Shown: positions 11,273 through 23,653 of the stretch, in pieces
Layout of the letters: each line of letters starts with the position of its first letter
Numbering within the stretch: the stretch's first letter is position 1
Assembly: GCF_006345805.1 (NCBI RefSeq)
Contig: NC_043006.1
Location: 79,546,001-79,610,000 of the forward strand
DNA from: Octopus sinensis
Taxonomy: Eukaryota
Length of the DNA stretch: 64,000 nt
Reading direction: 5' to 3'
Position numbers and translations under genes: made by a program
The notes under the pieces: model-generated
Database searches by the model: none
Told to the model about the DNA's origin: nothing
Seen by the model: only the letters and a program-made list of their open reading frames with translations

Positions 11273-14200
11273 ATGTATTTGCCATCTCAATATGGCTAAC
11301 CACTAAGGGTGGGTGTTACTGTAGCTTGTAGCCCCAGGAGAACATCTCCTCCAGCTGGCTTTAGGCATATTGGTTAGCCATATTGAGATGGCAAATATAC
11401 CTCACATTGTCGTGCAGTTACTGTTTATACCTCGCTCAGAGATTTATTATATATATATATATATATATATATCAGGCTTCTTTCAGCTTCTATCAAACCT
11501 ATTCACAAGGCTTTGGTCAGCCCAAGGCTATAGTAGAAGACACCCAAGTGCCATGCAGTGGGACTGAACTCGAAAACATGTGGTTGGGATGCAAGCTTCT
11601 TACACAGCTACACCTGTGCCTATATTGGTATATATTTTTTATGGAAGACAAAAGGACAGTGCTTGTGAGCTTTTTACAGAGGTTCTAAGACTGGCAGAAG
11701 TTACCCCCAGAAACTGAACTGGAGATCATTAGATCACTTGTCCAGCAACTGAACTACAAAGCTACGCTTTAAATTAAACTTCCATAGTCAAAGTAAACCA
11801 GTAGAATTTACCAGATTCGTGATGGGTGTCAAAGGGTGTAAGGTTCTTTTATGAACCAAGTAGATTATTCCAAGTTGGATCCTTGTTGTGATCATATTTT
11901 TATCAAACCAAAACAACCACACTACCTATATCTTCCAATTATTTAAAAGCATCATGAATATTGAGAGATTTAGTGAAATAATTCTGTTGTTATTAAGTAG
12001 ATGTTTGGAAAAAAAATTTCAACGAAAGGCCCTTGCCTAAAATTATGACAAAAGGATTTTTTACATAAATATGAACAAACACTTTAAAATGAGAGGATTT
12101 TCATCAGAACTATACCTAGTCTCAGGCAAGTTAATTTTGAAAGGGATAATTGCTTCACTTATATCGCAAATATTTATCAGAAAAGACAAACTTTGCTTTC
12201 TGTCTTTTCTTTCCTACCTCTACAAAGGCATGGCTTACAGCCAATTCCAGATCTTCCCTTCTACTCCAGTTTACAGTGCACACTTCTAATTATAAAGATT
12301 AGCCTCCATATTTAAAGTACAAACTTCCCTGTTTGTTCCACAGTTCAAAACAAACTGTACTATGATCAATACAAAGTGAACAGACAGACAGTATGTCATT
12401 GCTTTAATAATAAATAAAGTTGCATTCACTTGATATTAATTATGCAAAACAAACTTCTAAAAATGTACCACAAAGATACATAAATATATAACTATACAAA
12501 AGGAAACAACTCTTTTAAGGGTTTCTATTATATGAGAAATAATGTAATCTAACATCACAGAGCACTTTTAAATTTATTATTGACAAAAAAAAAAAACTAC
12601 TTATAAAGATGATAACATAGAGCTTTTTGTAGGCAGTGCTCTGATGCAAAGTGCCAGAAAAGGTTAAAAGAGGGGACTGAAGCAGCTGCAAGTCAAACGG
12701 AAAAGTTACAGTAAAAGAGCCATAAAGAGGAAAAGGTACTTGATCACATCAATAGAAGGTACACCGTTACCATTTGATAAAAGTGTTCCTTTCACTATTG
12801 TAAATGTACAGTCATGTTTAACACAGTTTCTAGACATCTTCATCCCAACAACAAACTTATCTACAGGGCCCTTGAATGCAAAATTACTGCAATAAAATAG
12901 TAATAAAGTTTCTAGAGAACCAAGCGCCAGATCTGTTTCTTTCTTGATTTTAGATTCTCGGTTCAATAAAAATACGAGTGAGGAGTCTAGTGCAGGTCTT
13001 GTACGAGCATGTATATTTTAAATAAAATGAGACAACAAAACCAAGGCTATGTGGAATTTATAGGACATTAAAGAGAAAGGTAGTCTTACAGCTGTTTCTG
13101 GGATTTTAGGGATATCCCTTCATCAGAGACTATTTCCCTCTAGTTAACTCTCTCATATTGTCTCTGATGAAGGGATATCCCTATTGTCCCAGAAACAGCT
13201 GTAAGACTACCTTTCTCTTTAGAAATGTCCCATAAATTCCATACAGCCTTGGTTTTATTGTCTCATTTTATTTAACATATACTTGTGAAGACCTGTTGAG
13301 GCAAGTGAAAATCAAACCAAATCAATATGGATGAACATCAATGGAATTTGCATCTTTGTGGTACCAGTGCCGGTGGCACATAAGAAAACCATCCGAACGT
13401 GGCCGTAGCCAGTACCGCATCGACTGGCCTCCGTGCTGTGGGCACGTAACAAACACCATCCGACCGTGGCCATTTGCCAGCCTCGTCTGGCACCTGTGTC
13501 GGTGGCACATAAAAAACACCATCCGAGCGTGGCCGTCTGCCAGCCTCGTCTGGCATCTGTGTCGGTGGCACATAAAAAACACCATCCGAGCGTGGCCGTC
13601 TGCCAGCCTCGTCTGGCATCTGTGTCGGTGGCACATAAAAAACACCATCCGAGCGTGGCCGTTCGCCAGCCTCGTCTGGCACCTGTGTCGGTGGCACATA
13701 AAATCAGCCACTACACTCTCAGAGTGGTTGGCGTTAGGAAGGGCATCCAGCTGTAGAAACACTGCCAGATCTGACTGGCCTGGTGCAGTCTTCAGGCTCA
13801 CTAGACCCCAGTTGAACCGTCCAACCCATGCTAGCATGGAAAGTGGACGTTAAACGATGATGATGATGATGATGATATATAAATATATATATTAAAATCT
13901 TTTAATCATTATCTTCGTTTGTATGTCAGCTCTTTCCATGAGTCTCTGAGACACATCGTGAAACAATATCCCTAGTGCTAAGATGCCCTTCTTTATGTGA
14001 GCCCTTATTTTTCAAGTAAAACATTTTATTCCAATACTATTTGCATATCAAACTGTGGGGCAAAAGCAAACATCACTGTTGCCCAAGCAGTATAAATTCA
14101 AAGACACAGGGAGAAAAACACACATATACACATATATCTTCCAAATTTCACTTTCAAGGCATTGCTCAACCAGAGGCTATACTAAAACACACACATGCTC

Positions 14201-15986
14201 AACATTCCAAGCAATGGGATCAAGCCTGGTACTATGTAGTTGTGAAATAAAATTCTTAACTGCACAACCTAAATAATTGCCTGAATAATGATAAGATCTT
14301 ATAAATTTGTTGGCCTGAATGTAGAATAATGATGAATTAGACAGATGAACTTTGGAAAGGATACCATCGTGGAAAACAAACTTTAGCAGTGGTACGATTA
14401 GTTTGACTACTTCTTCTGTGTATTCAGCAAAACCCTCCTTCAGTTCACGAGCATAACAGACAATCATTTGGCAGGCTGTAGCTTTCTCCTCAAGACCAGA
14501 AGTACGTACACCTATACTTTGCTGCAATAACAAAAGGAAAAAAAAAATTTTAAATACATAAAAATATAACATTGGTGAAGGATCAGTGGTTAGAGCATTC
14601 GATTCCTGGATAATGCTATGTGTTGTGTTTTTGAGCAAGACACTTTATTTCACATTGCTCCAGTTCACTCAGCTGAAGAAATGAGTTGTGACATCACTAG
14701 AGCCAAGCTGTATCGGTCTTTGCCTTTCCCTTGGTTAACATCAGTGGCATGGAGAGGCTGGTATGCATTGGTGACTGCTGGTCTTCCATAAACAACCTTG
14801 CCTATACTTATAACTAGAAGGATAACTTTTTAGGTGCAATCCCATGGTCAGTCATGACCAAAGGGGGTCTTTTTTACCTTGAATATATTTACTCACATCT
14901 ATTGATATGTATATCTGTGCATAAATCATCATCAAATCCACTTTTCCATGTTGGCATGAGTCAGATAAAGTTTACTGGGACAGATTTTCTATGGTTGGAT
15001 GCCCATCACATTGCCATCCCTCACTTGTCTCCAAACAAGGTAATATTTCCCCATGGCCAGGTATGGTTTTGGAGAATACTGGAAACGAATGACACTGGTT
15101 GTATGACAGTAGCACTCATTTATAACTATTACTTGATGTCAAAACAAGGAGACACGTACACTCAGACATACACAGTGGGCTTCTTTCAGTTTCTGTCTAA
15201 CAAATCTACTCACAAGACTTTGTCAACCCAGGGTTTTAGAGGGAAGACATTTGCATGAAGTACCATACAACAAGACTGAACTCATGACCATGTGGTTCGG
15301 AATGTACAACAGAAATTCCAGGATAAAGAGAAAATGGGAGATGATGCCTTTCAAATTCAGCAGAATAAATGATAGTGCCTGTACAGGGTCATTCACACTG
15401 CTAGAAATACCAACCAAATCTTTCTCCGATTGCACATTAGCATTCTTTAAAATAAAAGAATAATGTATTGGATAATTTAATTTCAGATAAAACTTTGTCT
15501 AAAACAACTGGATGATCAAGACTTGCTTTTCGCCATATGTATGCTTAGGTAAGGATTGAACTGGAGGCTAAGTGATGACAATGGTGTAAATGAAAAACCA
15601 GTCTGGGGCCCATAAAAGAGTTAATCAGAAACAAGGTAAAAGCAAAGCCTTGCTATACATTAATAAGAAAAGATGAAAGAATGGAGCACCAACCAGAGAA
15701 CATTCTTTGTGTTTAAAGTTAAAGCTCCTTGCATTAACCATCAAAGTTTCAATTTGAAGCTCATACACACATCAGCACACACACTTTTAACTTATATTTG
15801 TTTCAGTCATTAGATGGTGGCCATGCTAGGGTACCGCCTTGAAGAATTTCAGTCGAATGAATCAATCACAGCATTTTTTTTTGTTTTTGAAAGTCTATTT
15901 TGCTGAACTGCTAAGTTACAGAGATGTACACACACCAACACCACTTATGAAAAAACACACACAATTATATATATATATATATATAT

Positions 15987-16017
<31 letters not shown>

Positions 16018-17515
16018 ATGGGCTCCTTTCTGTTTCTGTCTACCAAATCCATGCACAAGGCTTTGGTTGGCCCAAGGCTATATATGACACTTGCTCAAGG
16101 TGCCATGTAGTGAAACTGAACCTGCAGCCATGTGGTTGGGAAGCAAACTTCTTACCACACAGCCCAAAGTTATGAAGATTTATTCAAAAGATTACATTTA
16201 AACAGAATGAAGATAATTGTCACTTTTCATTAACAAAACAATAAAGAAATAAAACAATGATTGATGACTTACTTGGTCGCCTAAAGTAACAAATTGCCAA
16301 TCTGTGTCATCTTCCATTTCTTTCATATCATCACCTGAACAGAAATTAAAGGGGTTAAAATAACTACATAAGCAAGAACACACACACAAATATAGAGAGT
16401 AAGGAAGAGAGATTGGAAGGAAGATTGAGGGAGATCAATACAGTAATGACACTTGAAAACTCATACAGAAAAGAAAACAACTAGCAACATGCTAGCTTGT
16501 TTCTTCTTCTTCTTACAGCATTCACCTGGGGTGGGTTGAGCTGGCTTCATTCATCCTCAATGCTGCATCTCTCACAAACACCGACCAAGCCTGGTGATTT
16601 GAGACTAACGACCGTGTGATCTCCAACCACTCCTTATTCCAGCGGCGAACGCCGTAGATATGGGGGCCTGGGTTGGGTTCCAGATCAGCCTTGACCGTCA
16701 TCGGCCAGGTTTTTCGTTGTCCACCACGACGCTTTCGCCAACCCTGAAGGAGAGCTGGGGCAATTGCCTCGTAGATGAATTCTCCTGGTTGACGATGGAG
16801 GGCATGACCCAGCCAACACAGACGCCCCATTAGGATGACTTGTCGGAGGGAGGTGATTCTGCACTGGTGTCGCACCGAATTGTTGGAGACAAAGTGATGC
16901 CATCGGATACGAAAGATGCTTGTTTAACTTATGTTGTATATCATTGCTTTTCCTTTTTTTCCACAACTGGAAAATGCCTTTTTTATTAAAAAAATTATTA
17001 TTCTAAAATGACATCATACCAAATGTTTCCTGGATATTCAGCAATCAACAAATAATTATTCATTCTGCTTTATCTCTATTTCTTATCTACTGATTTTATT
17101 TATGACTCTTTCACTGTAAACAATCCAAGTATTAAAACATTTATGGGACTTTACCATCCATCATATTGCAAGTACAGCATTGTACAATTGTCAAGCACTG
17201 ATTCGTATAGCAAAATTGGCTACAATACATAGCATACAGTTTACTGGGCAACATAGTATACAATCTGCAGGGTATTGCTTTATAGTAAAGAATGGTGCAG
17301 GGCATGACTGCATGGCCAGAAGTTTGCTACCCAAACACATGGTTTCAAGTTCAAGCCCACTGCATAACACTTTGGATAAGTGCCTTCTACTACAGCTCTG
17401 GGTCAGCCAAAGCCTTGTGAACAGACTTGAGAGGCTGAAAGAAACCGGTCATATCATCATCATCATCATCATCATCGTTTAGCGTCCGTTTTCCATGCTA
17501 GCATGGGTTGGACGG

Positions 17516-17553
<38 letters not shown>

Positions 17554-17881
17554 TGTTTTTTATATACGGTTTGTAAAACTCCTGATGTGAATTCATGTGT
17601 TGAAATAGATCTTGTCTAGAGGGTGTCATTATACTACTAATAATCCTTTCTACTAAAAACACTAGGCCTGAAATTTAGTGGGAGGGACTAGTCAATTTAC
17701 ATCAACCCCAGTGTTTTACTGGCATTCAATTTATCAAACCCGAAAGGATGAAAGGCAAAAATCAACCCGTCAGAATTTGAACTTAGAGCATAGTGAGAGA
17801 CAGCATGTCACAAAGCATTTTGCCCAGCGTACTAACAATTCTGCCAGCTAGCATAATAACCCTCCCAAGACTCAATAATAT

Positions 17882-17915
<34 letters not shown>

Positions 17916-20900
17916 AGACACGAATGTGTGTATTTGTTACTCTCCCCTTACCATGACATCATGTGACACTTGCAAACAAATGCCACCATCATATCCAAGT
18001 AGTGTCCTTCATTCCCAATCTTTTTTTTTGAAAACATGTGAGGTCATAGGGGTTGAATCCGAAACTATGTAGTTTCAAAGCTAGCTTCTTAACCACACAG
18101 TCATGCTTCACAACTATAGTTTCTTAGGACACAATACATAATTAGGACATAAATGCTACCTGACAGACCCACTGTCTAGAATTGAATTATCTGAATTAAC
18201 TTTTGCTAATTAAGAGACAAAGAATAAATTGCTACTTACTATTAACAACAGCCACATCTGGTTGTATTGCAACAGCTTTCAAAACAGGTCCCATAACCAT
18301 AGGAAGGTACTGTTGGAATTCCGTGCCCAAAATTTTACACATTCTAGCCCAAGCAGAAATCATATAAGATATCTATAGAAGACAAAAACATTGCAATTTA
18401 GAAAAGCAAAATAGAACAAATTACAGAGTTTATGGCACATGTATATATGACATGCAGAAAGGTAAATATATCGCCCAAACCAAAAATGTGCTTCTATAAA
18501 CTCTTGTGGTCAAGACAAGAATTCCTTCACGGGCTGATGAGACCCGCTGTGTTACCTGTTTCATGGTCAGAGTTTATGGCACATATATATATGATATGCG
18601 GAAGGGTAAATATATCGCCCAAACCAAAAATGGGCTTCTATAAACTCTTATGGTCAAGACAGGAATTCCTTCACAGGCTGATGAGATCTGCTGTGAGTAC
18701 CACATAAACCAGTGTTACCCCATTTGAGTAGCTAGCTACACTTATGAAGAAGGTGTCTGGGCATCTCATAAGACTCAAAACAAGACTTGCCAAAGGGCAG
18801 ATTTGTACATAATAAACTAGGAGTCACATTGCACAGTATTACACCATGTGGGGCAATGGCCATCTAATTGGGGAAGGTAATGGCAAACCAATCCAATATC
18901 TCTACCAAAAAAAAAAAACAAAAACACCATTAGAAAGCCAGAACGAAGTAATCCTATGGTTTTATCTGTTGGGAGAACTCATGTTTAATCTAAAGGACTT
19001 TTGTTGTAGTGTCATCAACATGCTGAAAAAGCATACAATATATAACAACAACAACTTGGTTTTAGCTTTGGTTCCATAGCATTAAGTGGGTGTATGAACA
19101 GGACTTGTTCAACTTTCTCAACCAACATTCCTAGAAGCTGAAAATTTTAAAATGTCTTGAGAGTACAAGCTCATTTGGTTTCTGTGGCGTTTAACCCTTT
19201 AATGTTTGCATTATTCTGCCAAAATTAATGCTTCTTCATCCACATTGTTTTGTATTAATCATGCATATCTTGTAGCTATGAGATTTTGATGAGGTAGTTG
19301 TTAATTTTTAAAACAATATTGTAGGGTTGGTGTGAGAGACCAGATCTGGCCAGTTTGAACATAAAACATGCAGAATACTTTTGGCCGGATATGGCCGGTT
19401 TAAATGCCAAAGGGTTAAGTAACTGAAAGCACTAGATTCTTGTGTTGAAAAGAACACAAAGCCTATCACAAGATTAACTCACCCAACCACATCAGGATTT
19501 CACTAGTCTTCATTTTGAGTTAGGTGGACCATGTGAAACAAGGCATGTTGTCCAAGGAAACAACAAACTACCTTGTCTGAAAATTAAACTTACAAATCCA
19601 ACAATCACAAGCCTATCCATATACACATTCCAACCCGTGCCAGCATGAAAAACAGATATTAACAGATGATGTTATCAGTTAGATAAGTTCAGGGCAAGTA
19701 GAGTGAAGTGCACTATCAAAGTACACCATAAAACACCTACAGCAACTTTATTGAGAGCTTTCAGTTGATAGTACATTACCAAATATCTACCAGATCATTT
19801 TACTCTTTTAACACAATTTGGTGCAATAGAGCATTAAATAAGAGACAGGCTAAGAGTTCTACATATATCACAAAAAAGTGTAATTCTGTTACTATTAGTA
19901 AAATACTACATCATTATCAATGCTGTTACCATTATCATCAACATCCCCATTGTTACTTTTTTGGAGGGTGTATGAGTTAGACCAATGGTTCTTAACCATC
20001 TTTTGCATATACACTCCGTTGGTTCCTATTTTGCTCTACAAGATCTCCATGGCCATTCAATGTATATTTAAAACATTCTACTGTATTTTTATACTTGAAT
20101 ATTATTAAGAATTGTATAAAACAAATTGAAATATTTTGTGTATTGTAGTAGTATAAATAATTTACTGCACATAAACTTTAACAACAAAATCTTATAAAAA
20201 GCGATGCCCCACCATGGGGTAGTCTGATGACTGAAGCAAGTAAAAGATAAGAGATATTAGTGAAATCTTCCAACCTGTGGATCATCATCAGGTAAATCTT
20301 TCATATCGGTTTGTGTTTTCAAAAGTAGCTGCATCACTTCACTGCAATCTTGCATGAACTAAACAAAATACAAACAAAAATTTAAAGGATGAGGTGATTT
20401 GTACCTAGGGGTTTTTTTTTTTTTTGGAGTGTCTACAAACTGGAAATGTAGAACAGAGAGGAGGGGCAGAAAATATTAAGAAAAATGTAAAAATATAGCG
20501 TGCAGGGTGGGATTATGTATCATCTCATTCATTCTTATTTCTTTATTGCCCACAAGGGGCTAAACATAGAGGGGCCAAACAAGGACAGACAAAAGGATTA
20601 AGTCGATTACATCGACCCCAGTGCGTAACTGGTACTTAATTTATCAACCCCGAAAGGATGAAAGGCAATCTCAGTCATTCTTGTTGAACTAATGTCTTTC
20701 TTTCCATTTGAACCACTCTATGCGACAAAGGTATGCAACAGTCTACCTTACACATTCCAAATCACCTTAGTCAGCTTATGTTTTTGCATTTACACTTTTG
20801 TGGTCAATTTGCATTTCATGTGAAGGCAGGTCTGAAACAGACCATCCTGCTTATCAAATATGAACATTTGCCTGGATTTTGTGCGACATTAGCAGTTTAC

Positions 20901-20991
20901 TCTATCCCAAGCAGTCAGACCAGGTTTGTGGTTTTAGAGTAACTCAGTGCCTTAATGCATTGCTTTCTCTCTAGTTTAGCAGCCTATATAC

Positions 20992-21022
<31 letters not shown>

Positions 21023-22413
21023 TATAAAGTAACAAAGATGTACAGGTGTCAATTCATTACAGCCATTTCAAGTGGGTCCATTAAATTGATTAATGAAAAC
21101 ATTACATCAATTTGAAAGAAATCATTCTCGTCAGATTAACTCACAGACTTAAAGCATAAAGAATAAACCAATTTTTCTAAACAAATTTACATCAATAATG
21201 AAAACCAAAATTTTGACATTGTTTCCTTTTGTTACAACTGTGGCAGAATGAGTTTAGCAAGTAATGCATACTTTGTTAAGTCCACTACAGTTTAGAAAGT
21301 AGGTATTGACTTACTCCGAAGCCACAAGCCTGGTCTGACTGCTTGAGGCAGAGTAAACACAAAATCCCAGGCAAATGTGCTTATCTGATAAGCAGGATGG
21401 ACTGTTTCAGACCTACCTTGCTGACTTGAAATGCAAACTGACACCAACTAGTTTATCCTTTATGTGCTCATCTGACAAGAACGGTTTCTTTCAAACTGAT
21501 GTAATGTTTTCATTAATCAATTAAATGGAGCCATTTGAAACGGCTGTAATGAACTGACATCTGTACATCGTTGCTACTTATTCTGTTCACCTAACTTGGA
21601 ATCTGCACTTTGGAAATACTATGGAAAGTTCCTTTATAAAAAGTACATATCTGAATTACCAAGAGTGGATATTTTCACTTAGCTGGGTTGCATTGTCTAC
21701 ACAAACAACAGGAATATATGGTACAAATACCCCTACACGGAGTCTTGACATTCAATATTCAGATAATATTGTTGGGGTGTGCAGATTATACCGAACTAGC
21801 AAAATGCCTCAATTTAAATACCTAATTCAACTGAATCTTAATTTTTTTTTTTTGACATACAGAGAGTGAGAGAGAAAGGGGGGGGAGACAGACAGACAGA
21901 CAGTGTGTGTGTTGTTGCTGAAATTTTTTTGTGGTTTATCACACCTGAGAAATTTCGTTTTAGGCTAGTAAATAAATAATATAAACTGAGAGTTATTACT
22001 CAACAAACACAAAAAGATATCTCAGTAAAAGATCACACCCAACGAGCACAAATCTAAAAATAGCATAACTTTCAAGATTTCAGATATAGCAAGAAACAAA
22101 CTTTTTTTCATCTTCAAGATCCAAGATTATGATAAGGAATTTCAACATCACAAAATATTTTTTCTATGCAATGGAATCTTTAATAAAATAGAGCTTTTAA
22201 ATTGAAATGAAAACAACATACCTTCTCTTTGCCAACAGCGAGTCCTATTAAACTTATGCATTCTATTGTTTTCCCTCTAAGGAGCCTTAATTCAACTCTT
22301 GTAGCATGCTGAACAATATATTTCAAACAGGGCATGAACCTGTAAAAACAAAAAGACACATACATATATTTTTATATATTATACCTATTTATTTACCTGA
22401 CTGTGTGTGTACG

Positions 22414-22494
<81 letters not shown>

Positions 22495-23607
22495 CATACG
22501 CATATATATATACATATATATACACACACACACACATATACATATATCATCATCATCGTTTAATGTCTGCTTTCCATGCTGGCATGGGTTGGACAGTTTG
22601 ACTGAGGACTGGCGAGCCAGATGGCTGCACCAGGCTCCAATCTGATCTGGTAGAGTTTCTACAGCTGGATGCCCTTCCTAACGCCAACCGCTCCGAGGGT
22701 GTAGTGGGTGCTTTTATGTGCCACCGGCACGAGGGCCAGCCAGGTGGTACTGGCAACAGCCGTGCTCGAATGGTGATTTCTATATGCCACCTGCACAGGA
22801 ACCAGTCCAGCGGCACTGGTAACAACCTCGCTCGAATGTTGTTTTTCACGTGCCACCGGTTAGAAGTGCCAGTAAGGCGTATATATATATATATATACTT
22901 TATATAATTAGGGTTCAGCAAAAAAATTTACTTTACCACACACTGAACTTTTAGAAATAGCAGCCAAAGAATTTAGCTATTTCTTCTACTATAAGTTTTT
23001 GAGTATACATTGTCTGGGAGACCCTTGGCTGCTATTTCTAAAAGTTCGGTGTATGGTAAAGTAAATTTTTTTGCTGAACCCTAATTATATAAAGTAATGT
23101 TTTAAATATACCATAAAAGGTCTTTTTACATACTGAACACTGCTTGGTAAAATTATTAATTACTAATTAATTAATTTTACGCTTACTGTTACTGACTATA
23201 TATATATATATATCTTTATATATCTTTTATCTATACTTGCTTCAGTCATTGGGATCCAACCATGCTGGAGCACCACATTGAAGGATTTCTAGGTGAATGA
23301 ACAAACCCCCATTTCTTTATAGTTAAGAAACCCTGGTGCTTATTCTGTCAGTCTCTTTTGGCGAACCACTAAGTTACAGGAACATACACATACCAATGCC
23401 AGTTGTCAAGCAGTGGTGGGACGGACACACACACACCCACACAATATATATTCTTTTGTTCGTTTACTAGTCTCAGTCATTTGAATGCAGCCATGCTGGA
23501 GCACTGCCTTAGGGGATTTTAGTTGAACAAATAGACCCCAGGATTATATATATATATCATCATCATCATCATCATCATCGTCGTTTAACGCACTAGCACG
23601 GGATATA

Positions 23608-23653
<46 letters not shown>

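Larger units (their letters stand above)
12993..13295. mobile_element. Foldback of two inverted ~137-nt hammerhead-bearing repeats, probably Penelope-like terminal repeats (non-autonomous)
   Basis: Arm 12993-13130 is the reverse complement of 13160-13295 with scattered mismatches; each arm carries one hammerhead motif. Confidence 0.7.
8659..14364 (-). other. U12-type (minor spliceosome) GT-AG intron of IPO5, 5706 nt
   Basis: 5' site GTATCCTTTCC matches RTATCCTTT; branch site TTTCCTTGAC (plus 8670-8679) with branch A 13 nt from the 3' AG; no polypyrimidine tract. None of the other donors in the window has this motif. Confidence 0.93.

Noticed and set aside
13454-13705. CRISPR-like regular repeat
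   Set aside because: Units are contiguous with no unique spacers, in a eukaryotic intron without cas genes.
13322-13853. Four overlapping ORFs of 107-171 aa with repeated motifs
   Set aside because: Produced by the 63-bp (21-codon) minisatellite in a retroposon tail; no splice or homology support.
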